A stretch of 64,000 nucleotides of DNA, from positions 3,867 to 67,866 of the forward strand of contig DATGUZ010000063.1 in assembly GCA_035300865.1 (NCBI GenBank). Reading direction: 5' to 3'. The notes beneath the pieces are model-generated. The model was not told the DNA's origin and made no database searches. It saw only the letters and a list, made by a program, of their open reading frames with translations. The translations under genes were made by a program, and so were the position numbers. The DNA is from Sporosarcina sp. (GTDB lineage Bacteria > Bacillota > Bacilli > Bacillales_A > Planococcaceae). Shown here one piece after another: positions 40,009-50,209 of the stretch (position 1 is the first letter of the stretch; each line of letters opens with the position of its first letter).

Positions 40009-40115
40009 CAATTCATATTCATGATCATCGTTTATATTGTGATTTTATTCGGCACTAGGAAAAACCATTTACCACTAGTATACAATAAGCTTGTCCTTTT
40101 TTCGATCTTTGGAAG

Positions 40116-41243
40116 CTATTTGTCTTGTTGTCCAGTAGACCGCACAATTTCGATAAGAAGTTCCGTTAGTTTTTCTAGTTCTTCAATTGGCATACGCTCA
40201 TTCGTTGTATGAATCTCTTCATAACCGACTGATAGTGTAACAGTAGGAATGTTGAAACCGTTGAAAATGTTTCCATCACTTCCCCCACCGCTTGTTAAAA
40301 GGCGTGGTGTACGTCCAATTTTTTCTACAGCAGTCATAGCTGTTCGCACGACTGGCGCATCTTCTGTAAAACTAAAGCCTGGATAAGCATGCTCAATTTC
40401 AATTTTTGCATTGCCGCCCATTTCCTCTGCAATACGTGAAAATGTTTCATCCATATGTTGTAATTGCGTCGCTAATTTTTCTTCATTAATCGAGCGTGCT
40501 TCCGCAACAATGGTTACCTCATCACAAACGATATTTGTTGCTTTTCCGCCATAGAAACTACCGATGTTTGCCGTTGTTTCTTCGTCAATACGTCCTAACG
40601 TCATTGCAGCAATTGCTTTAGAAGCAATATTAATTGCAGAAACACCTTTTTCTGGTGCGACGCCAGCATGTGCGGTTTTCCCGTAAATTGTAGCGTATAC
40701 TTTTGCTTGATAAGGCGCCGCTGTCACAATCCCTCCAACTTTCCCGTCACTATCGACAGCATAACCATACTCAGATGTAATAAGTGATGGATCCATTTCC
40801 TTCGCACCCATTAATCCACTTTCCTCACCAGCAGTAATGATAAATTGTAAATCACCATGTGGAATCTGTTCTTCTTTTACGACACGAATCATTTCAAATA
40901 AAGCAGCGATTCCAGCCTTATCATCAGCCCCTAATATCGTTGTACCATCTGAATAAACATAGCCGTCTTCACGAACTTCAGGTTTAATACCGATGCCTGG
41001 AACAACTGTATCCATATGACATGTGAAATAGATACGATCTGCGTCTTCTACATTTCCTTTCATCGTTGCAATTAAATTCCCTGCACCATGCCCACTGCGT
41101 ACAGCAGAATCATCTTCTACTACATCGAAACCAAGTGCTGTTAATTTTTCGGTTAATACAACAGCAATTTCTTCTTCATGTTTTGTTTCGGAATCAATTT
41201 GTACTAGTGCTAAAAACTCATTTAATAAACGTTCTTCATTCAT
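40116..41243 (-). CDS. yqjE: M20 family peptidase T-like protein (YqjE)
   Basis: HMDTV, GADDKAG, EESG, GGSDGN and IHT motifs. Confidence 0.9.
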   Translation of the reverse strand: MNEERLLNEFLALVQIDSETKHEEEIAVVLTEKLTALGFDVVEDDSAVRSGHGAGNLIATMKGNVEDADRIYFTCHMDTVVPGIGIKPEVREDGYVYSDGTTILGADDKAGIAALFEMIRVVKEEQIPHGDLQFIITAGEESGLMGAKEMDPSLITSEYGYAVDSDGKVGGIVTAAPYQAKVYATIYGKTAHAGVAPEKGVSAINIASKAIAAMTLGRIDEETTANIGSFYGGKATNIVCDEVTIVAEARSINEEKLATQLQHMDETFSRIAEEMGGNAKIEIEHAYPGFSFTEDAPVVRTAMTAVEKIGRTPRLLTSGGGSDGNIFNGFNIPTVTLSVGYEEIHTTNERMPIEELEKLTELLIEIVRSTGQQDK

Positions 41244-41277
41244 TTTTTATAAAGTCTCCTTCAATAAACATCCATTT

Positions 41278-42825
41278 TTATAATGGAATATTTCCGTGTT
41301 TCTTTTTCGGACGATCTTCTTTTTTATTTTTCATCATGTCCAATGCTTGAATCAGTTTTATTCTCGTCTCACGTGGATCAATTACATCGTCAACCATCCC
41401 ATGCGCTGCAGCTACATAAGGATTTGCAAATTTCTCTCGATATTCATCGATTTTTGTTTGTCGCGTTTGCTCAGGATTGTCAGAAAGAGCAATTTCTTTT
41501 GCAAAGATAATATTTGCAGCGCCTTCAGGTCCCATAACAGCAATCTCTGCGTTTGGCCAAGCAAATACAACATCGGCACCAATTGCTTTTGAATTTAACG
41601 CAACATAAGCGCCACCATAAGCTTTTCGCAAAATAACTGTAATTTTAGGAACAGTTGCTTCTGAATACGCATATAAAATTTTAGCACCATGTCGAATAAT
41701 GCCGCCATGTTCTTGTTTAATCCCTGGGAAAAATCCGCTCACATCCTCAAAAGTGATTAAAGGAATATTAAAGGCATCACAAAAACGAATAAAACGTGCC
41801 CCTTTGTCAGAAGAGTCGATATCAAGACCACCAGCCATTACCCGCGGCTGATTACAAACAAGTCCAACCGTTTCCCCTTTAATACGGCCAAAACCAATGA
41901 CTAAATTGCGTGCAAATTCTGGTTGAACTTCCATGAAAGAATCTTCATCAACAACTTGTTCAATCACTTTTCGAACATCATATGGACGAATTCCTTCAAA
42001 TGGTACAATATCCATTAAATCTGGACGTTCATCATCTGTACGATCATAAGCGATAATCGGTGTTTTCTCTTCATTATTTTGTGGGAGGTACGACAATAAA
42101 TGTCGAACTTCTTGCAGCACAGTTTCTTCATCTTTTCCTCTAAAATGCGCATTCCCACTAATTGTATTATGTACTTTCGAGCCACCAAGTGCTTCGGAAC
42201 TAATTTTTTCCCCAGTAACCGTTTCAATTACTTTTGGACCTGTAATAAACATCTGACTAGTTTCATCTGTCATAAACACAAAATCCGTAATCGCTGGTGA
42301 ATAAACAGCCCCACCTGCACACGGTCCTAAAATAACAGAAATTTGTGGAATCACACCAGAGTAAATCGCATTACGATAAAAAATCTCACCATATCCATCT
42401 AATGACATGACACCTTCTTGAATGCGCGCACCACCAGAATCATTCAAACCGATAAACGGCGTACCATTTTTTGCGGCAAGATCCATCACATTTGCAATTT
42501 TCATAGCATGCATTTCACCTAAAGCGCCCCCGAAGACAGTAAAATCTTGAGCGAACAAATAGATTGAACGTCCATGTACTTTCCCATACCCCGTAACAAC
42601 CCCATCACCAGGACCGATTTGACTGTCCATTCCAAAATCACGATTACGATGTGTCACAAATGGATTTAATTCAACAAAAGTACCTTCATCTACTAATAAT
42701 TCGATACGTTCACGAGCCGTAAGCTTTCCTTTTTCATGTTGCTTGTCAATACGCTCATCTCCACCGCCAAGCTCAATCGCTCGACGTTTGTCATACAATT
42801 CATTAATTTTATCATACATATCCAT
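41278..42825 (-). CDS. pccB: Acyl-CoA (propionyl-CoA) carboxylase carboxyltransferase subunit (YqjD)
   Basis: DSGGARIQEG, GPCAGGAVY, RKAYGGAY and KKHGNIPL motifs. Confidence 0.92.
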   Translation of the reverse strand: MDMYDKINELYDKRRAIELGGGDERIDKQHEKGKLTARERIELLVDEGTFVELNPFVTHRNRDFGMDSQIGPGDGVVTGYGKVHGRSIYLFAQDFTVFGGALGEMHAMKIANVMDLAAKNGTPFIGLNDSGGARIQEGVMSLDGYGEIFYRNAIYSGVIPQISVILGPCAGGAVYSPAITDFVFMTDETSQMFITGPKVIETVTGEKISSEALGGSKVHNTISGNAHFRGKDEETVLQEVRHLLSYLPQNNEEKTPIIAYDRTDDERPDLMDIVPFEGIRPYDVRKVIEQVVDEDSFMEVQPEFARNLVIGFGRIKGETVGLVCNQPRVMAGGLDIDSSDKGARFIRFCDAFNIPLITFEDVSGFFPGIKQEHGGIIRHGAKILYAYSEATVPKITVILRKAYGGAYVALNSKAIGADVVFAWPNAEIAVMGPEGAANIIFAKEIALSDNPEQTRQTKIDEYREKFANPYVAAAHGMVDDVIDPRETRIKLIQALDMMKNKKEDRPKKKHGNIPL

Positions 42826-42846
42826 TCCCTTATCCCCCTTGAACGA

Positions 42847-43242
42847 TTACTTCTCGCATAGCTCGTATAATACGCCATATGATGACTTTGGATGTAAAAA
42901 TGCAACTTCAGCCCCACCAGCACCAATTTTAGGTTCATCTTGAAGCAACTGCACACCTTTTTCTTTTAATTGTGTCATTCGTTCTCGAATGTTGGCTACA
43001 CCGAATGCAATGTGATGAACTCCTTCTCCTCGTTTATCAATGAACTTCGCAACTGGGCTTTGGACATCCATTGGCTCTAATAATTCGATTTTTACATTTC
43101 CTGCATCAAGAAACGCAACTTTGACTTTTTGACTTTCAACTTCTTCAATTGCAAGTAATGGTAGCTTTAATGTTTCTGTGTAATATGATAAAGCGCTTTC
43201 AATATTCTTTACAGCAATACCGATATGATCAACACGTTCCAT
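42847..43242 (-). CDS. mce: Methylmalonyl-CoA epimerase
   Basis: DHIGIAV, IELLEP, GVHHIAF and FLHPKS...GVLYELC motifs. Confidence 0.93.
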   Translation of the reverse strand: MERVDHIGIAVKNIESALSYYTETLKLPLLAIEEVESQKVKVAFLDAGNVKIELLEPMDVQSPVAKFIDKRGEGVHHIAFGVANIRERMTQLKEKGVQLLQDEPKIGAGGAEVAFLHPKSSYGVLYELCEK

Positions 43243-43359
43243 TTACTTCCCCTCCCCTTCTCTTCTATTGTACATTTTTCAAGCAAAAAGTTCTAGCAGT
43301 TGTGAATTTGAATATTTCTGTTAAAATAAAAGTAATAAAGTTCGTAAGGGGTTGTCACG

Positions 43360-43455
43360 ATGAGCAATAAAAAGATTCAAAAAGTAATTGTTTATATTAT
43401 GGTTGGGCTCATGCTAATTTCTGGTCTCGGTATGGGGATTAGTATGATTATGTAA
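43360..43455 (+). CDS. prli42: Prli42-like small membrane protein, 31 aa
   Basis: MSNKKIQKVIVYIMVGLMLISGLGMGISMIM, RBS AAGGGG, own terminator, conserved position next to mce. Below the ORF-track cutoff. Confidence 0.85.
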   Translation: MSNKKIQKVIVYIMVGLMLISGLGMGISMIM

Positions 43456-43543
43456 GCTATGAACAAGAAAGAAAATCATTCGTGTGTCGATGATTTTCTT
43501 TTTTTATACAAAAAAAGACCCGATACATCGGATCTCATTTTGT

Positions 43544-43984
43544 TTAAATTTCTTCGCAGTGTTCTTCAAATTGGCCTTGTAAATTTGAAATAACTGACAT
43601 TGGGTCATGCCCTTCAATTTCATAACGACCGACTTCAGCAACTAATTTTCCGTCTTTTAATAACGCAAATGATGGTGAAGATGGTAAGTGATCTTCTCCG
43701 AAATGCATACGCATTTGTGCAGTTGCTTCTTTATCTTGACCAGCAAATACTGTTACTAAATGATCTGGACGTTTATCATAATGGACTGCATGTTGTGCCG
43801 CTGGGCGCGCAATACCGCCAGCACATCCACAAACAGAGTTAATCATGACAAGTGTCGTACCTGTTCGTTTAACAGCTTCTTCCACCGCTTCTGGTGTTGT
43901 TAATTGCTCATAACCAAATGTATCCATTTCAGAACGTGCACGATTAACTGTTTCTTGTAATAGTAAATTATAATCCATTGACAT
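43544..43984 (-). CDS. brxB: Bacilliredoxin BrxB (YqiW)
   Basis: [13 protein letters not shown] and [11 protein letters not shown] motifs. Confidence 0.93.
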   Translation of the reverse strand: MSMDYNLLLQETVNRARSEMDTFGYEQLTTPEAVEEAVKRTGTTLVMINSVCGCAGGIARPAAQHAVHYDKRPDHLVTVFAGQDKEATAQMRMHFGEDHLPSSPSFALLKDGKLVAEVGRYEIEGHDPMSVISNLQGQFEEHCEEI

Positions 43985-44056
43985 TAAAACCAATCTCCCT
44001 TCTACGTTTACAATGTAATCATAGCAAGACTACAATGCACTTGCAAATAGTTATTA

Positions 44057-44602
44057 CTATTTTTCATACTTATATTCGTATAATGAATAGCCGTCTTTTT
44101 CACCTACATACACAAAGCCATTTGTTTGATAGAATCGATTTAAAAAAGGATTATCGGCAATGCAGTCTAAACGAATTTTTTGAATCTCGGGAAATCGAAT
44201 AGATTGTTGACACCATGTTAACAATGCACTTCCTAATTGATGGTTCGCAAAATCTCGATTAATAGCCAGTCGATGTAAATAAACCGCCTCATTTTGTTCA
44301 TCATCAGATAAATCCCATAAATTTTTATCCCATGCACTCGGTTCTTTTAATAACATTACCATTCCTGCAATCGTTTCATTCATAGTTGCGATAAATACGT
44401 CTCCTCTTGCAACTGCTTCTTCCGTTCGATGCGAATCAATTCCTTCCAGTAATCCATTCCATTGACTCGACCCATTTGCTTTAAACCATTTTGCAGTATT
44501 CACTAGCAATGTCATAATGTCTTCAGTATGTATCGGTTGAGCTTGTTGCATCATAAATGTCGTGTGTGAATTTGTTTGTAAGTGTTCATTTGTTATGCCC
44601 AT
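44057..44602 (-). CDS. GNAT family N-acetyltransferase
   Basis: YLHRLAI...LG, RLDC...N..L..FY...GF pattern. Confidence 0.88.
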   Translation of the reverse strand: MGITNEHLQTNSHTTFMMQQAQPIHTEDIMTLLVNTAKWFKANGSSQWNGLLEGIDSHRTEEAVARGDVFIATMNETIAGMVMLLKEPSAWDKNLWDLSDDEQNEAVYLHRLAINRDFANHQLGSALLTWCQQSIRFPEIQKIRLDCIADNPFLNRFYQTNGFVYVGEKDGYSLYEYKYEK

Positions 44603-44665
44603 TATAATTCCTCCCTTTGCTACTATTATATAATGAAATGTCTTATAATACATATCGTTAATTTA

Positions 44666-44676
44666 AGTTAACATAA
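44666..44676 (-). other. XerD(RipX)-type half-site
   Basis: TTATGTTAACT, matching the right arm of Bacillales dif, preceded by TTTATA but with a poor XerC arm. Confidence 0.45.
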
Positions 44677-44687
44677 TATAAATATAA

Positions 44688-45176
44688 TCAACTACATATA
44701 ACGGTGATTGAAATCGGTGTTGTTTGTGCAGGAATACTACGCGTTGAACGGTCATATACAACAGCTAATAAATGATGTTGAATAGGTCCGCGATATGGCT
44801 GACCATTTTCATATTGAATAACCACGCTATCATCGACTCGTATTTGTAATTGATGATCATCGCTTACTAAATTGTCATCGAAATACGCAACTTTTACGTT
44901 ATATTGAGGAACTTTTTTAGCAAGCAAAACTGCCGTATATTGTGGTGGATAAATTAAAGGCACTGGTGCATTTCCATCATAATACACTGTTATTTCATCG
45001 CCTATTTCAATAGCATTACGCTGTACGATATAAGTTTCTCGATTTACAATGATATGCACAATCTCTCCATTACTTCTAATCGTAAATCGCTGTGAACAAT
45101 TCAAGTTTCCCTGCATATTATGCATACTAATGTCATTAATTTCTTCTACAATACCATCAAACGATAAAACAAACAT
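44688..45176 (-). CDS. Hypothetical protein with two internal repeats
   Basis: RBS GGAGGTG; repeats end in PLIYPPQY and TRSIPAQT. Confidence 0.75.
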   Translation of the reverse strand: MFVLSFDGIVEEINDISMHNMQGNLNCSQRFTIRSNGEIVHIIVNRETYIVQRNAIEIGDEITVYYDGNAPVPLIYPPQYTAVLLAKKVPQYNVKVAYFDDNLVSDDHQLQIRVDDSVVIQYENGQPYRGPIQHHLLAVVYDRSTRSIPAQTTPISITVICS

Positions 45177-45205
45177 TATTTAACACCTCCGTATCATTTC
45201 CTTTA

Positions 45206-45234
45206 TACTATATGTTTATTTCCAATGTTTGTGC
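45206..45234 (-). promoter_or_regulatory. Sigma-K type promoter
   Basis: GCAC-16 bp-CATATAGTA matches AC-N16-CATANNNTA. Confidence 0.55.
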
Positions 45235-45275
45235 ATAATAAACCGCTGCTCCAAAATAGAAGCAACGGTTTATGA

Positions 45276-46868
45276 TTAGTGATTTTTCTTTTTCATATCT
45301 TTTAAGTAGAAAATACTACTTGGGTATTGCCAGAAATCTTCTACACCTTCATGTAACCCTGCAAGTAATTCGGAATGATATAAAAATGCAATGGGTGCTT
45401 CTTCAGCAATTAAATTTTGGACATCTTCGTATAGTTTAAGTCTTTTATCGACATCAATTTCTTCGCGTGCTTGTTGCAACAATTTATCAATGTCTTCATT
45501 TTGTAAAAATGAGCGGTTTCCTGGATGCCCGATATTAGATGAGTGGAACATTGGATATAAGCCATAATCTGCATCTAATGTGACAGTTCCCCATGAGCCG
45601 ATAAACATTTCTGATTCTCCCTCACCAGTTGCATCTAAATAGGCACCTGTTTCAATCGTATCAATTTTTACATCTATGCCAAGCTGTTTTAATTCCGATT
45701 GGATAAAGACGGCTAAATCTGCATTCGCACCTGATTCATATGTGAGTAATGTCGTTTCAAAGCCTTCTTCATATCCTGCTTCCTTCATTAACGCTTTTGC
45801 TTGCTCTACATCATACTCTAGTTGATCAATGTTTTCAGAGTAACCAAATACAGTTGGAGCTAGTGGTCCTTTTGCTGGTAGTGCAATCCCATCTAATATG
45901 CCATTAATGAGGTTTTCTTTATGAATCACCATAGAGATTGCTTGTCGAACCTCTTTTTTATTAAAAGGTTCTACTTCATTGTTGAAGCCTAAATAGGTTA
46001 AATTTGAGCTTTTTGATTGTTGTACATAAGTTTGGTCGGAACCTTCGATTTGTCCAACATCAGCAGGACTTACAGGATAGATTAAATCAGCACCGCCTGT
46101 TTCTAGTTCAGCGATTCTTGTGAAATCTTCAGGAATCGTTTTAAATGTAACAGAAGCAGACTGAGCTTTTTCATCATCCCAATAACGATCATTTCGTACA
46201 ACTTTTACAGATACACCATGCTCCTTTGAATCAAATTTAAATGGACCAGTACCGACAGGATGCTCGTTAATTGTCGCAAAAGGTGGTTCTCCATTAGCAA
46301 TCGCTTCGTTATCTTTTTCAATTGCTTCTTTACTAATGATATTGCCACCTGGGTGTGCTAAGTGTGCTGGCAATGATGCAAATGGGTAAGCTGTCTTAAT
46401 ATGAACAGTAAGCGGGTCGATTACTTCCACTTCTTCAATCATTTCATATAGAAAACTAACCGGTGAAGCAATTTCAGGATCGCGAACACGGTCTAGGTTC
46501 ATTTTTATTGTTTCCGCGTCTACAATAGATCCGTCATGAAACTCAACGTTTTCACGAAGTTTTGCTTCCCAAACTGTATCTTCAATTTGTTCCAAACTTT
46601 CGGCAAGACCGGGCGTAATCTCCAAGTCTTTATTCAAATAAACAAGTTTGTCGTACATTGTACTCATCACATATAATGATGTCCCATCATTTGCACCATG
46701 GGGGTCTAATGAGACAGGGTCGGAACCGAGCATAATCTGAATATCACCGGATACTTGTTCATCTGTCTGACCCGTATCATTCTGATCTTGCTCAACAGTA
46801 CCGCCACTGCAGGCAGCTAATATAACAATGACACTAAGTATTAACAATAAATGCATATAATTTTTCAT
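45276..46868 (-). CDS. Peptide/glutathione ABC substrate-binding lipoprotein (family 5), stand-alone
   Basis: Lipobox LAAC, SLDPH, VEFHDG, VGTGPF and VRQAI motifs; terminators on both sides. Confidence 0.9.
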   Translation of the reverse strand: MKNYMHLLLILSVIVILAACSGGTVEQDQNDTGQTDEQVSGDIQIMLGSDPVSLDPHGANDGTSLYVMSTMYDKLVYLNKDLEITPGLAESLEQIEDTVWEAKLRENVEFHDGSIVDAETIKMNLDRVRDPEIASPVSFLYEMIEEVEVIDPLTVHIKTAYPFASLPAHLAHPGGNIISKEAIEKDNEAIANGEPPFATINEHPVGTGPFKFDSKEHGVSVKVVRNDRYWDDEKAQSASVTFKTIPEDFTRIAELETGGADLIYPVSPADVGQIEGSDQTYVQQSKSSNLTYLGFNNEVEPFNKKEVRQAISMVIHKENLINGILDGIALPAKGPLAPTVFGYSENIDQLEYDVEQAKALMKEAGYEEGFETTLLTYESGANADLAVFIQSELKQLGIDVKIDTIETGAYLDATGEGESEMFIGSWGTVTLDADYGLYPMFHSSNIGHPGNRSFLQNEDIDKLLQQAREEIDVDKRLKLYEDVQNLIAEEAPIAFLYHSELLAGLHEGVEDFWQYPSSIFYLKDMKKKNH

Positions 46869-46968
46869 TAATTTCTCCTCCTTTAAGAAATTATACTACT
46901 TTTTTAATTTTTTTAACAATTAAAAAGACGAGAATAAATCTTTGAAGTTGATTTATTCTCGTCTTTTA

Positions 46969-48054
46969 TCATTTTGGAAATAATTGTTCTATCGCTTTTG
47001 TTACTGTCAACTGTCCAGTTAGAATAGCATATTCTAGTTTATGAACTTGCTGTTTCCGACCTTCTTCCGCATAAAACGCACGAATTAACGTATCTTCAAT
47101 CATTGCGTGAAACCAGTCTTTTGTTTGATAACTTCTCCGTGCGTTCCAATAATCTCGTTCTTCCATTGTTTGCTTAAATCGATTAATTGTGTCCCAGACA
47201 CGTTCGAATCCTGTTTTCTCGTAAGAAGAAACTGCAACGGCTTCACTCGACCACCCGGGAGATGCTTGTTGTAACATATGCAAAATACGTCGATATTCAC
47301 GTACAGTCTTTTTAGCAAGTGGGGCATTATCTCCGTCTGCTTTATGAACAATAACCATATCTGCTAATTCCATCACACCTTTTTTCATCCCTTGAAGTTC
47401 ATCACCCGCACCTGTTAAAGCAAGTAGGATGAACATGTCAACCATTCCTCTTACAACGGTTTCGCTTTGCCCGACACCAACTGTTTCGATTAAAATGATG
47501 TCATAACCTGCTGCTTCGCAAAGTAAAAGTGTTTCACGTGTTTTTTTATGGACGCCGCCTAAAGTACCTGCGGAAGGAGACGGACGAATGAATGCGTTCG
47601 GATGGCGCGCCAACTCTTCCATTCTTGTTTTATCGCCTAAAATGCTACCACCCGTTACAGTAGAGCTTGGGTCAATTGCAAGCACAGCTACTTTATGTCC
47701 TTCATTGGCAAGCTTTAATCCAAATTGTTCGATAAAAGTACTTTTCCCTGCACCGGGGACACCCGTAATGCCAAGACGAATACTATTGCCGGTCTTTGGC
47801 AAAATATTTAATAATAATTGTTGCCCTGCTTGGCGATCTGCAGGATGCGTACTTTCTAATAATGTAATGGCTTTTGCTAAATGAAGTCGTGAACCTTTTA
47901 ATAGTTCTCGCTCTAATCCATCGATTGGCACCGTTTTATTCTTTTTAGCAAAACGTTTCCGTGGTGTTTCTTTCATACCATCATGTTGAGAATGAATCCC
48001 ATCCATTACATGCATCGCAGTTTTAGGGTGGTTCTTCTTTTGATTAGGCATCAT
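46969..48054 (-). CDS. meaB: Methylmalonyl-CoA mutase-associated GTPase
   Basis: [20 protein letters not shown] and ETVGVGQSE motifs. Confidence 0.95.
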   Translation of the reverse strand: MMPNQKKNHPKTAMHVMDGIHSQHDGMKETPRKRFAKKNKTVPIDGLERELLKGSRLHLAKAITLLESTHPADRQAGQQLLLNILPKTGNSIRLGITGVPGAGKSTFIEQFGLKLANEGHKVAVLAIDPSSTVTGGSILGDKTRMEELARHPNAFIRPSPSAGTLGGVHKKTRETLLLCEAAGYDIILIETVGVGQSETVVRGMVDMFILLALTGAGDELQGMKKGVMELADMVIVHKADGDNAPLAKKTVREYRRILHMLQQASPGWSSEAVAVSSYEKTGFERVWDTINRFKQTMEERDYWNARRSYQTKDWFHAMIEDTLIRAFYAEEGRKQQVHKLEYAILTGQLTVTKAIEQLFPK

Positions 48055-50209
48055 CCATCACTTCTTCGTAGCCAAGTTGTGCATAAATTTGCTCAATCAC
48101 TTTTTGTGCTGATACCGGAATAACTGTACCAGGACCAAAAATCGCAGCGGCACCATTTTCACGTAAAAATGCATAATCCTGTGCGGGAATTACACCACCT
48201 ACAACAATTAAAATATCTTCTCGACCAACTTTTTTCAGTTCTTCTTTCAGTGCTGGGACGAGTGTTTTATGACCGGCTGCTAATGAGCTTACACCAATGA
48301 CGTGAACATCATTTTCTGCGGCTTGCAAAGCTGTTTCTTCAGGTGTTTGAAATAACGGACCAATATCAACGTCAAAACCTAAATCTGCAAAAGAAGATGC
48401 AATCACTTTCGCACCACGATCATGTCCATCTTGTCCCATTTTTGCGATTAAAATACGTGGACGACGACCTTCGTTTTCTAAAAAATCATCTGCCATCGCT
48501 TTTACTTCAGCAATCTCCTCCTCATTTGAGAAGTTTGAGCTATATACACCACTCACAGAACGAATCACCGCCTTATGTCTTCCTGAAACTGCTTCGATTG
48601 CATCCGAAATTTCTCCAATTGTTGCACGTTCACGAGCTGCATTTACTGCTTTATCCAATAAATTACCTTCACCTGTTTGAGCAGTATTGGTCAGCTCTTG
48701 TAGCGCTTGTTGTACAGCTTCTTCATCTCTTTCCGCCTTCATTTTTTCAATACGTTCAATTTGTTTTTGTCGCACAATGGTATTATCAATATCTAAAATA
48801 TCAATTGGCTCTTCTTCATCTAACTGATATTTATTTACGCCAATAATCACTTCTGCTTTCGAGTCAATTTGTGCTTGTCGTTTTGCAGCCGCCTCTTCAA
48901 TTTTCATCTTTGGTAAACCTGTTTCAATCGCTTTTGTCATGCCACCTAAATCTTCAATTTCCTCGATTAAATCCCATGCTCTATCCATTAACTCATCTGT
49001 CAGTTTCTCCACATAATAAGAACCACCCCAAGGATCTGCAACGGCAGTCATGGATGTTTCCTCTTGTAAGAAAAGCTGTGTATTACGTGCTATTCTTGCA
49101 GAGAAATCTGTTGGTAAAGCAATTGCTTCATCAAGTGCGTTTGTATGCAAACTTTGCGTATGTCCCATTGCTGCAGCATTGGCTTCAATTAATGTTCTTG
49201 TCACATTATTAAAAGGATCTTGTTCTGTTAAACTCCATCCAGAAGTTTGTGAGTGTGTACGTAATGCAAGCGACTTTGGATTTTCTGGATCAAACGAAGC
49301 CATTAATTGTGCCCACATTTTTCTGGCCGCGCGCATTTTAGCTACTTCCATAAAATAATTTTTACCAATCGCCCAGAAAAATGATAATCTCGGAGCAAAT
49401 GAATCGATATCAATCCCTGCTTTTAATCCCGTTCTTACATATTCTAAACCGTCTGCTAAAGTGTATGCTAACTCAATATCGGCAGTCGCACCTGCTTCTT
49501 GCATATGATAACCTGAAATTGAAATCGAGTTAAAGCGTGGCATTTTTTGCGATGTATATTCAAAAATATCCGCAATGATGTTCATCGACATTTCTGGTGG
49601 GAATATGTATGTGTTACGAACCATATATTCCTTTAAAATGTCATTTTGAATGGTCCCTGCTAGTTGTTCAGGTGTTACCCCTTGCTCTTCAGCTGCAACA
49701 ATGTAAAAAGCCATAACGGGTAAAACAGCACCATTCATTGTCATTGATACAGACATTTGATCAAGTGGAATTTGATCAAATAGAATTTTCATATCTTCGA
49801 CTGAATCGATTGCGACACCAGCTTTTCCAACATCCCCTGTTACGCGTGGATGATTAGAATCGTAGCCACGGTGCGTCGCTAAATCAAATGCAACAGACAA
49901 TCCTTTTTGTCCCATAGCCAAGTTCCTACGATAAAATGCATTACTTTCTTCAGCTGTTGAGAAACCAGCATATTGTCGTACGGTCCAAGGTCTTGTGACA
50001 TACATCGTTGGATAAGGTCCTCGTGTATTCGGTGCCACACCAGGGTAGTCTTGTAAATGCTCTAGACCATTTGTATCTTCCTCTGTATAAACTTTTTGTA
50101 AAGATATCCCTTCATTCATCTCAATAGATTCTCCATCAAAGTGATAGGAATGTTTTGACATATTCACGAGTTGTAAAGGGTCAATCGTATCAAATTTTGG
50201 CTTATTCAT
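48044..50209 (-). CDS. scpA: Methylmalonyl-CoA mutase, catalytic B12-binding subunit (MutB)
   Basis: [14 protein letters not shown] and DGHDRG (DxHxxG) motifs. Confidence 0.96.
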   Translation of the reverse strand: MNKPKFDTIDPLQLVNMSKHSYHFDGESIEMNEGISLQKVYTEEDTNGLEHLQDYPGVAPNTRGPYPTMYVTRPWTVRQYAGFSTAEESNAFYRRNLAMGQKGLSVAFDLATHRGYDSNHPRVTGDVGKAGVAIDSVEDMKILFDQIPLDQMSVSMTMNGAVLPVMAFYIVAAEEQGVTPEQLAGTIQNDILKEYMVRNTYIFPPEMSMNIIADIFEYTSQKMPRFNSISISGYHMQEAGATADIELAYTLADGLEYVRTGLKAGIDIDSFAPRLSFFWAIGKNYFMEVAKMRAARKMWAQLMASFDPENPKSLALRTHSQTSGWSLTEQDPFNNVTRTLIEANAAAMGHTQSLHTNALDEAIALPTDFSARIARNTQLFLQEETSMTAVADPWGGSYYVEKLTDELMDRAWDLIEEIEDLGGMTKAIETGLPKMKIEEAAAKRQAQIDSKAEVIIGVNKYQLDEEEPIDILDIDNTIVRQKQIERIEKMKAERDEEAVQQALQELTNTAQTGEGNLLDKAVNAARERATIGEISDAIEAVSGRHKAVIRSVSGVYSSNFSNEEEIAEVKAMADDFLENEGRRPRILIAKMGQDGHDRGAKVIASSFADLGFDVDIGPLFQTPEETALQAAENDVHVIGVSSLAAGHKTLVPALKEELKKVGREDILIVVGGVIPAQDYAFLRENGAAAIFGPGTVIPVSAQKVIEQIYAQLGYEEVMDDA

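Noticed and set aside
44666-44693. The chromosomal dif site
   Set aside because: The XerC arm matches only about half of the consensus and gene strand bias does not switch; kept only as a half-site.
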